DNA of 64,000 nt from Microbacterium sp. (GCA_047605005.1 JASGGN010000005.1:13295-77294), one strand, 5' to 3'. Shown: positions 28,787 through 39,416, counted from the first letter of the stretch. Program-made: numbers and translations. The notes: generated from the letters alone by a model not told the origin.

Positions 28787-31039
28787 GTGACCTTCGCGGC
28801 CTATCTCGATGCGACTGCGCCCACCGCCGAGCGCGTCGCCGACCTCCTCGCGCGCATGACCCTGCCCGAGAAGGTCGGGCAGATGATGCAGTACGACGCC
28901 CGCGAAGATCTCGATGAGATCGTGCGGGAACGCCACGCCGGCTCCATCCTGCACACCTCGCCGGAGAAGGTCCTGCGCGCGGCGGAGCTCACCGCGCAGA
29001 CCCGGCTGCGGATCCCGCTCATCGTCGGCGAGGACTGCATCCACGGGCACTCCTTCTGGGAGGGCGCGACGATCTACCCGACGCAGCTCGGCCTGGCAGC
29101 CACGTGGGACCCGGAGCTCGTCGAGCAGGTCGCCCGCGCGACGGCCGTCGAGGTGTCGGCCACCGGCATCCATTGGACCTTCTCGCCCGTGCTGTGCATC
29201 GCACGCGACCTCCGCTGGGGCCGCGTCGGGGAGACATTCGGCGAGGATCCGTTCCTCATCGGCGAGCTCGCCGCGGCGATGATCCGCGGCTACCAGGGCG
29301 CGGGGCTGACCGACCCGACCGCGATCCTCGCGACCGCGAAGCACTTCGCGGGGTACTCGGAGACCCAGGGCGGGCGGGATGCCAGCGAGGCCGACATCTC
29401 GCGCCGCAAGCTGCGCTCGTGGTTCCTGCCGCCTTTCGAGCGGGCAGCCCGGGCGGGATGCGCGACCTTCATGCTCGGCTATCAGACCACCGACGGCGTG
29501 CCGATCACGGTCAACGACTGGCTGCTGAGCGAAGTGCTCCGCGGCGAGTGGGGCTACACCGGGACTCTCATCACCGATTGGGACAACGTCGGCCGCATGG
29601 TGTGGGAGCAGAAGGTGCAGCCCGACGACACCCACGCGGCGGCGGCGGCCGTCAAGGCCGGGAACGACCTGATCATGACGACGCCGGGGTTCTTCGAGGG
29701 CGCGCTCGACGCCGTCGCCCTGGGCCTGCTGGACGAGGCCGATGTCGATCGCGCCGTCGCCCGCATCCTCACGCTCAAATTCGATCTCGGGCTGTTCGAG
29801 AACCCGCGCATGCCCGACACCACCCGCATCGCCGAAGACATCGCGAAGCCCGCGCACACCGCCCTGAACCTCGAGGTCGCGCGCCGCTCGCTCGTGCTGC
29901 TGCGCAACGACGGCACCCTGCCGCTCGAGCTCGACGACCAGGGCGCCGCACCGCGGAAGATCGCCGTGGTGGGTCCTCTCGCCGACGACGCGCAGACGCA
30001 GCTCGGCGACTGGGCCGGCTCATCGGGCCAGGTCGACTGGCTCGTGCACGGGCAGCCACGCGCTCAGATCACCACGGTTCTGGACGGCCTGCGCGAGCTC
30101 GCACCGGCCGGCTGGACCGTCGCACACGCCGAAGGCGCCGGCATCCTCACCCTCGAGGACGACCCGGCGGGGGCGTTCTTCCCTGACGGGCAGCCGCGCC
30201 CGAAGATCGTCGTCCCGGCAGCGCCCGACGCCGCGATGATCGCCGAGGCGGTCGCCGCGGCGCGGGACGCGGACGTCGTCGTCGCCGTCGTCGGCGATCG
30301 CATCGAGCTCGTCGGCGAGGGGCGTTCGACGGCCACTCTCGAGCTCGTCGGCGGTCAACGCGAGCTGCTGGGGGCCCTCGCCGCGACCGGCACCCCGCTG
30401 GTCGTCGTGCTGCTGGCCTCGAAGCCGCTCGTGCTTCCCGATGCCGTCCGGGGCGCCTCGCTCGTGTGGGTCGCGAACCCCGGCATGCAGGGCGGTCGCG
30501 CCATCGCCGAGCTGCTGCTCGGGCGCATCGAGCCGTCGGGACGGCTGCCGATCTCCTTCGCGCGGCACGTCGGCCAGCAGCCGACCTATTACAACCAGAT
30601 CCGCGGTCAGCACGGAGACCGCTACGCCGACCTCACCCAGCGTCCCGCACACGCCTTCGGCGAGGGGCTGTCGTACACGACGGTCTCCTACGACCCGCCG
30701 GTCGTCACGACGCCCGAGGTCACGGTTTCAGGCAGCGTGCACGCCCACGTCACGGTGCGCAACACGGGACGCCGCCCCGTACGCGAGCTCGTGCAGGTCT
30801 ACGTGCGCGACGCGGTGACCTCGGTCAGCTGGGCCGACAAAGAGCTCAAAGCGTATCGGCACGTCGACCTCGCCGCGGGCGCGTCGGCGACAGTGGACTT
30901 CGAACTCGCGGTGTCCGACTGCACGATCGTGGATGCCGCGGGGCGGCGCATCGTCGAGCCCGGCGCCTTCGAGCTTTTGATCGGGTCATCGTCGCGCGAT
31001 GAGAGTCTGCAGGCGGCCGGGTTCACCGTGGTCGCATGA
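28787..31039 (+). CDS. GH3 beta-glucosidase/beta-xylosidase
   Basis: MTLPEKVGQM, RDLRWGR..ETFGEDP, KHFAG, LITDW nucleophile, FGEGLSYT, Fn3-like tail. Confidence 0.93.
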   Translation: MTFAAYLDATAPTAERVADLLARMTLPEKVGQMMQYDAREDLDEIVRERHAGSILHTSPEKVLRAAELTAQTRLRIPLIVGEDCIHGHSFWEGATIYPTQLGLAATWDPELVEQVARATAVEVSATGIHWTFSPVLCIARDLRWGRVGETFGEDPFLIGELAAAMIRGYQGAGLTDPTAILATAKHFAGYSETQGGRDASEADISRRKLRSWFLPPFERAARAGCATFMLGYQTTDGVPITVNDWLLSEVLRGEWGYTGTLITDWDNVGRMVWEQKVQPDDTHAAAAAVKAGNDLIMTTPGFFEGALDAVALGLLDEADVDRAVARILTLKFDLGLFENPRMPDTTRIAEDIAKPAHTALNLEVARRSLVLLRNDGTLPLELDDQGAAPRKIAVVGPLADDAQTQLGDWAGSSGQVDWLVHGQPRAQITTVLDGLRELAPAGWTVAHAEGAGILTLEDDPAGAFFPDGQPRPKIVVPAAPDAAMIAEAVAAARDADVVVAVVGDRIELVGEGRSTATLELVGGQRELLGALAATGTPLVVVLLASKPLVLPDAVRGASLVWVANPGMQGGRAIAELLLGRIEPSGRLPISFARHVGQQPTYYNQIRGQHGDRYADLTQRPAHAFGEGLSYTTVSYDPPVVTTPEVTVSGSVHAHVTVRNTGRRPVRELVQVYVRDAVTSVSWADKELKAYRHVDLAAGASATVDFELAVSDCTIVDAAGRRIVEPGAFELLIGSSSRDESLQAAGFTVVA

Positions 31040-31055
31040 CCGGCACGCGGCGGAG

Positions 31056-31592
31056 TCACTCCTCGTCGGAGTCGTCGTCGAGCTCGTCGATGTCCACACC
31101 GTCGACGTCGCCCGCGTGCAGGATCGGCGAGCCGTCTTCATCGAAGTCGACCGCATCGAGATCGAGGACGTCGTCGAGGTCGTCGACCTCGTCATCGTCT
31201 CGATCGTCGTCGAGGTCGTCCTCGACGTCGTCATCCTCGGCCTCGTCGTCCGCCCCCGCGGCCAGCGACGCCTGAGCCGCCTGGTATTCGGCCAGGCGCT
31301 CGGCCCACGGCACCCATTCCGGCGCCAGCAGCGCACCCTCGCCGGGCAACAGCTCGGCCTCGAGCACCGTCGGATCGGCCTCCGGTGCCGCCGCGACGCT
31401 CACCGTCCAGAACCAGCCCGGATAGCCGGGCATCGTGTTGACGAAGCGCAACGAGACGACGCCGCCGGCCTCGGACGTGTAGCCCGCGGCGCCTCCGACC
31501 GTCGAGGCCGGGGTGATCTCGTGCAGCGCCGCGAGGGCGAGGTCGTGCGCGGCGAGAAGACGCTCGTCGGCCGGCTCAGGCGTCGAGGTCAT
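31056..31592 (-). CDS. DUF3027-domain protein with acidic tail
   Basis: PGYPGWFWTV, E.ELLPGEGALLAPEWVPWAERL. Confidence 0.85.
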   Translation of the reverse strand: MTSTPEPADERLLAAHDLALAALHEITPASTVGGAAGYTSEAGGVVSLRFVNTMPGYPGWFWTVSVAAAPEADPTVLEAELLPGEGALLAPEWVPWAERLAEYQAAQASLAAGADDEAEDDDVEDDLDDDRDDDEVDDLDDVLDLDAVDFDEDGSPILHAGDVDGVDIDELDDDSDEE

Positions 31593-31956
31593 CGGCCACC
31601 TTGCGCAGGATCGCCGCGACCTTCGCGCCCTGACCGGCGCTCGGATAGTGCCCACGGCGCAGGTCGCCGCCGAGCTTGTCGAGCAGCTTCACGAGGTCTT
31701 CGACGATGATGGCCATGTCGTCGGGACGCGGACGGCTGCGCTTGGCGAGGCTCACGGGAGCGTCGAGCACTCGCACCGCGAGCGCCTGCAGGCCGCGCTT
31801 GCCGTCGGCGACACCGAACTCGAGTCGCGTGCCGGTCTTCACGACCGCTCCGGCGGGAAGTGCCGTGGCGTGCAGGAACACGTCCTGGCCCTCATCGGAG
31901 GTGATGAAGCCAAAACCCTTCTCGTCGTCGTAGAACCTGACTTTGCCGGTGGGCAT
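31576..31956 (-). CDS. Cold-shock domain protein (CspB-like, extended)
   Basis: MPTGKVRFYDDEKGFGFI, DVFLH. Confidence 0.92.
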   Translation of the reverse strand: MPTGKVRFYDDEKGFGFITSDEGQDVFLHATALPAGAVVKTGTRLEFGVADGKRGLQALAVRVLDAPVSLAKRSRPRPDDMAIIVEDLVKLLDKLGGDLRRGHYPSAGQGAKVAAILRKVADDLDA

Positions 31957-32079
31957 GGGGACCTCGCTGATCGTGCCCGCGGCGAACGCCACGGGCATGG
32001 GGGGTGGGCATGGGGGATGCGGGGCTCACGGCCCCTCCGTCAAGACTACGACACGACCCGACGCAGTAGGCTGGTGCGG

Positions 32080-32370
32080 ATGTCGCCTTCCAGTTCCCGC
32101 ACCCCGGCCCCGTCCGACGACCTCCCGGTCCGGCGGATCGATCGCATCCTCGCGTTCATGTCGCTGGGTCTGCTTCTGCTGTCGGTCGTGTGCTTCGTCG
32201 CGATCATGATCGGCTCGGCCGCGGGAATGGACCACGAGGACTTCGGTGCGGGTCTGTGGCCGTCCGTCGGCACGACGGTCTATATCGCACCGATCGTGGC
32301 GTTCCTGCTCTTGCTGGCGGTGCTCATCATGACCTTCATCCGGAAGGCGCGGGTCGGCAAGGGGCGCTGA
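32080..32370 (+). CDS. Small two-TM membrane protein
   Basis: MSPSSSR...RRIDRILAFM...; TAGGCT -10 upstream. Confidence 0.75.
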   Translation: MSPSSSRTPAPSDDLPVRRIDRILAFMSLGLLLLSVVCFVAIMIGSAAGMDHEDFGAGLWPSVGTTVYIAPIVAFLLLLAVLIMTFIRKARVGKGR

Positions 32371-32372
32371 CG

Positions 32373-34094
32373 GTGGCCGCATCCGACGCCCGCACCCTCG
32401 CGCACGAGCTCGAGGCGCGGGGCGATGCCGCGCTGGCGAGCCTTCTGGCCGCACGCCAGGTCTCCCCCGACGTGCCGTGGGCCGACGCGTTCGACGCGGT
32501 TGACCACTTGCTCGAGCCCGCCTCGCTCGCCCGCGCGATCGCGGCGCTGACGGCGGGCGAAGCACACACGCTGGATGTGGCGATCGCCTCCGGCGCGGCG
32601 CCGGTCGGCGCGGAGCGCGATGCCCTGATCGCGTGCGCCCTGCTGGACGAGCGCGGAGCACCGTGGGAGAGCGTCGCAGCCGCGTTCCGCGCGGCCGTTC
32701 CGATCGCGCACGAGAACATCCCCGCGGCGGCCCCGCCCGTCGACGACGACGCCGAAGCGGAGCGCGCCTTCACGGCATCCGCATCTCTGGCCGACGTGCT
32801 GCAGGAGGCGTTGTCGTCCCCGCTCGGTCGCATCGGCACCGGAACTCTCGGGGCGGTCGATCGACGCCGATTGATCGAGTCGGGCGTCGTGGCGGATGCC
32901 GCGGCCGCCGACGATCTCGTCGCGATCGCCGAGCGCACGGGCCTTCTCGCCGTCGTCGAGCGCGCCTGGCTCGTGACCTCGCGCGGGATCGCGTGGCTGC
33001 ACAGCGGCACGGTCACCCGGTGGCTCGATGTCGCGACGAGGCTGATCGCAGCGCTCCCGGCCGCCGTGCGGACGCCACACGGCGGATGGCAGGATCTCAC
33101 GGACTGGCCCGCGGCCTACCCGTTCGACCCGGCCTGGCCTGCCCGCGCGGCGGCGACGGCCACGCTGCTGAAGCGCTGGGCGGTCGTGGATGCCTCGGGC
33201 ACCGCCCCCGCCTGGTCGCAACCGGCCGCGGACGGCGACGGCTTCGACCAGGCGGCGCTCGCGGCGCTGCTCCCGCCCGAGGTCGATCGCGTGTTCCTGC
33301 AGAACGATCTTTCCGCGATCGCACCCGGCTCGCTCGCCCCCCAGCTCGACATCCGGTTGCGCTCGATGGCCCGGCGCGAGTCACGGGCACAGGCCTCCAC
33401 CTACCGGTTCACCGCTGATACGCTCGCCGACGCGCTGACCGCGGGAGAGACCGCCGCGACGCTGCGCGCGTTCCTGCTCGAGCTGTCGCTGACGGGCTTG
33501 CCCCAGCCGCTCGCGTACGAGATCGAGCGCTCGGCGAGCCGCCATGGCGCGCTGCGCGTGGGGCCGGATCGGCACGGGCGCACGCGCGTTGCGAGCGACG
33601 ACGAGGCGCTGCTGCGGACGATCGCGGTCGACCAGGCCTTGCGCCCGCTCGGTCTCGTCCCGGACGGCGACGAGTTGGTCACCCGCTCGAGTGCTGACAC
33701 CGCGTTCTGGATGATCGCGGACGCACGTTACCCCGTCGTCGCCGTGGATGCCGACGGACAGCGCCGCGCCCTCGATCGGCATCGGCTCGCGCCTGATCCG
33801 GTGCCTGACACCGAGCCGGCCGAGGTCTACGCCGAGTTGATCGCGCGCCTGCGCAGTACACAGGGGGCGGACGCGGATGCGGCGTGGCTCGCGCGCGAGC
33901 TCGAACAGGCCGTGCGCACGCGTGCGACGCTGACCGTCGCGGTGCGGATGCCCGGGGCGCCGGGCGACGCCGAACGCGAGTTCACGATCGAGGCCACGGG
34001 GCTCAGCGGCGGACGTCTGCGCGGCGTCGACAAGAACGTGGACGTCGAGCGCACGCTGCCGGTGGCGAGCATCACTCGCGTCGACACGGCGTGA
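32373..34094 (+). CDS. XPB-associated helicase C-terminal domain protein
   Basis: LQNDLSAIAPG, ESRAQASTYRF, LPQPLAYEI, ERTLPVASI; directly upstream of XPB. Confidence 0.85.
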   Translation: MAASDARTLAHELEARGDAALASLLAARQVSPDVPWADAFDAVDHLLEPASLARAIAALTAGEAHTLDVAIASGAAPVGAERDALIACALLDERGAPWESVAAAFRAAVPIAHENIPAAAPPVDDDAEAERAFTASASLADVLQEALSSPLGRIGTGTLGAVDRRRLIESGVVADAAAADDLVAIAERTGLLAVVERAWLVTSRGIAWLHSGTVTRWLDVATRLIAALPAAVRTPHGGWQDLTDWPAAYPFDPAWPARAAATATLLKRWAVVDASGTAPAWSQPAADGDGFDQAALAALLPPEVDRVFLQNDLSAIAPGSLAPQLDIRLRSMARRESRAQASTYRFTADTLADALTAGETAATLRAFLLELSLTGLPQPLAYEIERSASRHGALRVGPDRHGRTRVASDDEALLRTIAVDQALRPLGLVPDGDELVTRSSADTAFWMIADARYPVVAVDADGQRRALDRHRLAPDPVPDTEPAEVYAELIARLRSTQGADADAAWLARELEQAVRTRATLTVAVRMPGAPGDAEREFTIEATGLSGGRLRGVDKNVDVERTLPVASITRVDTA

Positions 34095-34161
34095 CCACGA
34101 CCAGCGGAGCGCGCGGCGCTGAGATCCGGGCGGCGACAAGCGCGGCGTAGACTTTTCCGCT

Positions 34162-35805
34162 ATGGCCGACGGACCCCTCATCGTGCAGAGCGACCGCACC
34201 GTACTGCTCGAAGTGGCACACCCCGACGCCGAGAGCGCCCGTCACGAGCTCGCGATCTTCGCGGAGCTCGAACGCGCCCCCGAGCACATCCACACCTACC
34301 GGATCACCCGTCTCGGCCTGTGGAACGCCCGCGCTGCGGGACATACCGCAGACGACATGCTCGCGACGCTCGACCGCTGGTCGCGCTTTCCCGTCCCGGC
34401 ATCCGTCTCGCTGGACGTGCGCGAGACCGTGAACCGCTACGGGCGCCTCGTGATCGAACGGGATGCCGAGGGCACGCTCGTGCTGCGCGCGACCGACGTC
34501 GCCGTGCTGGCGGAGGTCGCGAGGAACAAGCGCATCCAGCCGCTGCTGACCGGCCACCCCTCTCCGGGCGTGTTCACGGTGGATGCGTGGGCCCGCGGCC
34601 ACATCAAGCAAGAGCTGCTGAAGATCGGCTGGCCCGCCGAGGACCACGCCGGCTACACCCCCGGAACGCCCCACCCGATCGACCTCGCGGAGGACGGGTG
34701 GGCGCTGCGCCCCTATCAGCGCAAGGCCGTCGACATCTTCGCCAAGGACGGATCGGGCGTCGTGGTGCTTCCCTGCGGCGCCGGCAAGACGCTCGTGGGA
34801 GCGGCGGCGATGGCCGAGGCGAAGACGACCACGCTCATCCTCGTGACGAACACCGTGAGCGCCCGGCAATGGCGCGACGAGCTGCTGAGGCGCACGACCC
34901 TCACGCCCGAGGAGATCGGGGAGTACTCGGGTCAGGCGAAGGAGATCTGCCCGGTCACGATCGCGACCTACCAGATCCTCACCGCGCGGCGGCGGGGCGA
35001 GTATGCGCACCTGGCGCTGCTGGATGCCCTGGACTGGGGCCTCGTCGTCTACGACGAGGTGCACCTGCTGCCGGCCCCCGTGTTCAAGCTCACCGCCGAG
35101 CTGCAGGCACGCCGGCGCCTGGGCCTGACCGCGACGCTCGTGCGCGAGGACGGCCGCGAAGGCGACGTCTTCAGCCTGATCGGGCCCAAGCGCTTCGACG
35201 CCCCGTGGAAGGAGATCGAGGCCCAGGGCTTCATCTCCCCCGCTGTCTGCTACGAGGTGCGCATCGACCTGCCGCCGTCGGACCGCATGGAGTACGCCGC
35301 GGCGGCCGACGACGACCGCTACCGGCTCGCCGCCACCGCGCACGCGAAGATCCCCGTCGTGCGCGACCTCGTCGCGCGTCACGCGGGCGAGCAGATCCTC
35401 GTCATCGGGCAGTACCTCGACCAGATCGACGTGCTGTCACAGGCGCTGGAGGCCCCGCAGATCACCGGCGCGACCCCCGTCGACGAGCGCGAGGAGCTCT
35501 ACGGCGCGTTCCGCGAGGGGCGCATACCGGTGCTGGTCGTCTCGAAGGTCGCGAACTTCTCGATCGACCTGCCGGAGGCATCCGTCGCGATCCAGGTGTC
35601 GGGATCGTTCGGCTCCCGCCAGGAGGAGGCGCAGCGCCTCGGGCGCCTGCTGCGCCCCAAGACGAGCGGTCACACCGCGAGCTTCTACACCCTCATCGCG
35701 CGGGACACGGTCGACCAGGACTTCGCCCAGAACCGCCAGCGCTTCCTCGCCGAGCAGGGCTACAGCTACACGATCCTTGACGCCGAAGGGATCACCGCCG
35801 CGTAG
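34162..35805 (+). CDS. xpb: DNA repair helicase XPB (ERCC3/Ssl2 family)
   Basis: GPLIVQSD, LPCGAGKT, DEVH, GLTATLVRED, QRLGRLLR. Confidence 0.95.
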   Translation: MADGPLIVQSDRTVLLEVAHPDAESARHELAIFAELERAPEHIHTYRITRLGLWNARAAGHTADDMLATLDRWSRFPVPASVSLDVRETVNRYGRLVIERDAEGTLVLRATDVAVLAEVARNKRIQPLLTGHPSPGVFTVDAWARGHIKQELLKIGWPAEDHAGYTPGTPHPIDLAEDGWALRPYQRKAVDIFAKDGSGVVVLPCGAGKTLVGAAAMAEAKTTTLILVTNTVSARQWRDELLRRTTLTPEEIGEYSGQAKEICPVTIATYQILTARRRGEYAHLALLDALDWGLVVYDEVHLLPAPVFKLTAELQARRRLGLTATLVREDGREGDVFSLIGPKRFDAPWKEIEAQGFISPAVCYEVRIDLPPSDRMEYAAAADDDRYRLAATAHAKIPVVRDLVARHAGEQILVIGQYLDQIDVLSQALEAPQITGATPVDEREELYGAFREGRIPVLVVSKVANFSIDLPEASVAIQVSGSFGSRQEEAQRLGRLLRPKTSGHTASFYTLIARDTVDQDFAQNRQRFLAEQGYSYTILDAEGITAA

Positions 35806-35895
35806 CGGCGTTGATGCCGGAGGGGTCAAGGTTGAGTGCACGCGCACAGCGCGGGCGTATCGAAACCTACGCCGAAGGGATCACCGCCGCGTAGC
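35780..35895. repeat. 27-bp direct repeat ACGCCGAAGGGATCACCGCCGCGTAGC flanking 62 bp
   Basis: Exact copies at 35780-35806 and 35869-35895. Confidence 0.93.
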
Positions 35896-36844
35896 CGGGC
35901 GGCGTCACCGGGACCGGCGGGGTGAGCACCAGCGTGCGCGGGAGCGGGCGGCGGCGCAGCATCCCCTCGATCGCCGCGACGTAGCCGCCGACCAGCAGCA
36001 GCGACCACAGGAAGCTCACGATCCCCGTCTCGGCGGAGGTCGGGTCGGAGCCGTCCGCGATCGCCAGCCCGAACGCGACGAGATTGTTCACGACGTGCAT
36101 TCCGATCGCTGCCTCGAGCCCTCCCGTGCGCCAGGTCAGCCAGCCCGCAGCGACCGCGAACAAGCCGATGCCGATCTGCCCGAGCAGGTCGTACATGTGC
36201 CCCATGACGAACAGCGGCACGGGCAGCAGGATCGCGAACGCCGGATGCCGCAGCCACCGTCCCACGGCCTGCATGAGATACCCGCGGAACACGTACTCCT
36301 CCGCCGCGGACTGCAAGGGCACCAGCAGCAGCACGACGCCGAGCGTCACGGCCCAGGACGGTCCTGGACCCGAGCCCGCGGGCTCCGTCGCTTCGCCCGC
36401 GAGCTCGGACGGGAGCAGCATCGTAGCCCCGACGAGCGCGGCGGAGACGCCCAGCGCAACGAGCACGCACAGCAGCATCCACCGCCAGCGCAGCCTTCCC
36501 GCCGCCGAGGAGATCAACCCGACCCAGCGTCCGCTCACGATCAGCGACGCCAGCAGGTAGCTCGGCAGCATCAGCACGATCGTGCCGAGCATCACGGCGA
36601 CCGTGAAGGGATCGTTCATGTCGAGCGCCAGGTCCTGCCCGAGCACATCGAGGCCGTCCATCAGCTCCGGCTGAGCGAACGAGACGAGCACGATGACGAC
36701 GATGACCACGAGCAGGAGTGCGATGTAGAACGTGACGCCGAGGATGCCGACCAGAAGCGGTGTCCACCACCCGCTGCGCCGCCGCGCGAACACGAGTCGG
36801 TGAAAGGCGAGACCGCCCGCGGTGGCATCGGGGGGAAGCGTCAT
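35867..36844 (-). CDS. CPBP/CAAX (Abi) family intramembrane protease
   Basis: AAEEYVFRG, FVMGH, MHVVNN motifs. Confidence 0.9.
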   Translation of the reverse strand: MTLPPDATAGGLAFHRLVFARRRSGWWTPLLVGILGVTFYIALLLVVIVVIVLVSFAQPELMDGLDVLGQDLALDMNDPFTVAVMLGTIVLMLPSYLLASLIVSGRWVGLISSAAGRLRWRWMLLCVLVALGVSAALVGATMLLPSELAGEATEPAGSGPGPSWAVTLGVVLLLVPLQSAAEEYVFRGYLMQAVGRWLRHPAFAILLPVPLFVMGHMYDLLGQIGIGLFAVAAGWLTWRTGGLEAAIGMHVVNNLVAFGLAIADGSDPTSAETGIVSFLWSLLLVGGYVAAIEGMLRRRPLPRTLVLTPPVPVTPPGYAAVIPSA

Positions 36845-36973
36845 GTCTCCATCTTGCCGTGCGGCGCGAGGAGCCGACCCGACCGAACGGATCATCCGCG
36901 GCGGCCTCGCCGTGTGAGCACCCCGCGCGCGGATATCCAGCTTTCGCATGGCATCCGGTGACAATATGGACAC

Positions 36974-37666
36974 ATGACAGCACCGCGCATCCTCGTCGTC
37001 GACGACGAACCGAACATCCGCGATCTGCTCGTGACCAGCCTCCGCTTCGCGGGCTACCAGGTGCGCGCCGTCGCCAATGGCGCCCAGACCATCTCCGCTG
37101 TGCTGGAGGAGGAGCCGGACCTCATCATCCTCGACGTCATGCTCCCCGACATGAACGGTTTCAGCGTCACCAAGCGCCTGCGCGGCGCGGGCTATACGGC
37201 ACCGATCCTCTTCCTCACGGCGAAGGACGACACCGAGGACAAGATCGAGGGCCTCAACGTCGGCGGCGACGACTACGTCACGAAGCCGTTCTCGCTCGAT
37301 GAGATCGTGGCGCGTCTGCAGGCGATCCTGCGCCGCACGATGCAGGCCGACGAAGAGTCCACCGTCAGGGCCGGCGAGCTGACGATGGACCAGGACACTC
37401 ACGACGTGCTCGTCGGCGACGTGTCGATCGACCTCTCCCCCACCGAGTTCAAGCTCCTGCGCTATCTCATGCTCAATCCGAATCGAGTGCTCAGCAAGGC
37501 GCAGATCCTCGACCACGTCTGGGAGTACGACTTCAACGGAGACGCCGGCATCGTCGAGAGCTACATCTCCTATCTCCGCCGCAAGATCGACCCGTACTCG
37601 ACCGAGCCGCTCATCCAGACCAAGCGCGGCTTCGGCTACATGCTGAAGGCCGGCAAGACGGCCTGA
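36974..37666 (+). CDS. OmpR/PhoP-family response regulator
   Basis: VVDDEP, LDVMLPD, GGDDYVTKPF, winged HTH, TKRGFGY. Confidence 0.95.
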   Translation: MTAPRILVVDDEPNIRDLLVTSLRFAGYQVRAVANGAQTISAVLEEEPDLIILDVMLPDMNGFSVTKRLRGAGYTAPILFLTAKDDTEDKIEGLNVGGDDYVTKPFSLDEIVARLQAILRRTMQADEESTVRAGELTMDQDTHDVLVGDVSIDLSPTEFKLLRYLMLNPNRVLSKAQILDHVWEYDFNGDAGIVESYISYLRRKIDPYSTEPLIQTKRGFGYMLKAGKTA

Positions 37667-37682
37667 AGCCGCCCCGGCGACC

Positions 37683-39416
37683 GTGGGAGGCGTCCTGGCA
37701 GCTCACGCCAAGAGGGGGGACCGCGTCACTGTGTGGTGGCGCGGGATCAGCCTGCGCGCCAAGGTCACAGGCGTCACGGTCGCGGTGCTGGCCGTGGGGC
37801 TGCTCGCGGCGGGCCTGGGCACGGGCGTGTTCCTGCGCAACGCCCAGATCGCGGCGCTCGACGATTATCTGCTGCGGCTTGCCCCGGCGGACGTCGCCAG
37901 CACCCTCATGGATGTCGAGGTCATCGACGGCGTGCCGCACTTCAGCGACAACGGCAGCCCGGCGCAGTACGTCGTCGCCGTATACGGCCCCGACGGCACC
38001 TTCCTCGCGTCGGCAGGCGGCACGGGCCAGAGCCCCGTGTTCCCGGAGACGCTCACGATCGAGCAGACGCTCTCCACGCTCGGCCAGATCATCGAGTTGA
38101 AGGCGGCGGACGGAACCGGCACGTTCCACGCCAGCGCCGACTTCCTCGCGCCGATCGACGGCGTCGGCGACAACGCGAACTACTCCCAGGTCGTCGCTCT
38201 CCCGCTGTCGGTCGTGAACCAGACGGTGACGAACTACATCGGCATCTACACGCTCCTCGCACTCGTGACGATCCTCGCGGGCGCCCTCGCGACGCGCTGG
38301 CTCGTGACCCTCGCCTTCCGCAGCCTCGGCCAGGTCGAAGACACGGCGATGTCGATCGCGGCGGGCGATCTCAGCCAACGCATGGCGGATATCTCACCGC
38401 GCACCGAGGTCGGCAGGCTCAAGACCGCGATCAACGCGATGCTCGATCGCATCGACCAGGCGCTCGCGCAACGTGATGCCACCGTGCAGCAGATGCGACG
38501 GTTCATCGGCGATGCGAGCCACGAGCTGCGCACACCCCTCGTCACAGTGCGCGGGTACGCGGAGCTCTACCGGATGGGCGCGATCGCAGGCTCCGAGCAG
38601 ACCGCACAGTCGATGGAGCGTATCGAGAAGGAAGCGATCCGCATGGGCGTGCTCGTCGAGGACCTCTTGGCTCTCGCCCGGCTCGATGAGCGCCGCGACC
38701 TCGTCGTGTCAGCGATCGATCTGCGCCCGATCGCCCGTGATGCCGCACTGGATGCACGCGCCACCTCGCCCGAGCGCGAGGTGTCGGTCATCGTCGCCGA
38801 CGTGCCCGCGCGCGCGCATCCCTCCACCATCAACCCGGATCCCTCGGAGAGCAGCGCCACGGCCATCCGCCGCGGCGGTCTGGCGGGAGCGACGCGCTCG
38901 ATCCTGCGGCGGCGCCCACGTCCGGCGGCCTCCGCCGAGGCACCCGCCGTCGAGCAGGCCCCGCTTCACCCGGTGGCCGCGGATCCCGTGCCGATCGTCC
39001 TCGGCGACGAGAACCGCATCCGGCAGGTCGTGGCGAACCTGCTCGGCAACGCGCGTCGCTACACGCCGGCGGGGTCGCCGATCGAGCTCGCAACCGGCGT
39101 CGACGAACCGGCGGGCATGGGGTGGATCGCCGTGATCGACCACGGCGACGGCATCCCCGTCCAGATCCGCGACAAGATCTTCCAGCGGTTCTGGCGCGCC
39201 GACACCTCCCGTGCCCGAGAGACCGGTGGCTCGGGACTCGGACTGTCGATCGTGGCATCCATCGTCGAAGCGCTACACGGTTCGATCGACGTCACCGACA
39301 CCCCCGGCGGCGGCACGACGTTCCGGGTCGCGTTCCCGCTCGCGCGGGCGCGGGATGCCGCCGAGCACCTCTTCATCGAGACACAGCCCTTGCACCGCAT
39401 TCGCGACGAGGCGTGA
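37683..39416 (+). CDS. HAMP-domain sensor histidine kinase
   Basis: Two TM segments, DASHELRTP, NLLGNA, DHGDGI, GGSGLGL; start uncertain. Confidence 0.92.
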   Translation: MGGVLAAHAKRGDRVTVWWRGISLRAKVTGVTVAVLAVGLLAAGLGTGVFLRNAQIAALDDYLLRLAPADVASTLMDVEVIDGVPHFSDNGSPAQYVVAVYGPDGTFLASAGGTGQSPVFPETLTIEQTLSTLGQIIELKAADGTGTFHASADFLAPIDGVGDNANYSQVVALPLSVVNQTVTNYIGIYTLLALVTILAGALATRWLVTLAFRSLGQVEDTAMSIAAGDLSQRMADISPRTEVGRLKTAINAMLDRIDQALAQRDATVQQMRRFIGDASHELRTPLVTVRGYAELYRMGAIAGSEQTAQSMERIEKEAIRMGVLVEDLLALARLDERRDLVVSAIDLRPIARDAALDARATSPEREVSVIVADVPARAHPSTINPDPSESSATAIRRGGLAGATRSILRRRPRPAASAEAPAVEQAPLHPVAADPVPIVLGDENRIRQVVANLLGNARRYTPAGSPIELATGVDEPAGMGWIAVIDHGDGIPVQIRDKIFQRFWRADTSRARETGGSGLGLSIVASIVEALHGSIDVTDTPGGGTTFRVAFPLARARDAAEHLFIETQPLHRIRDEA

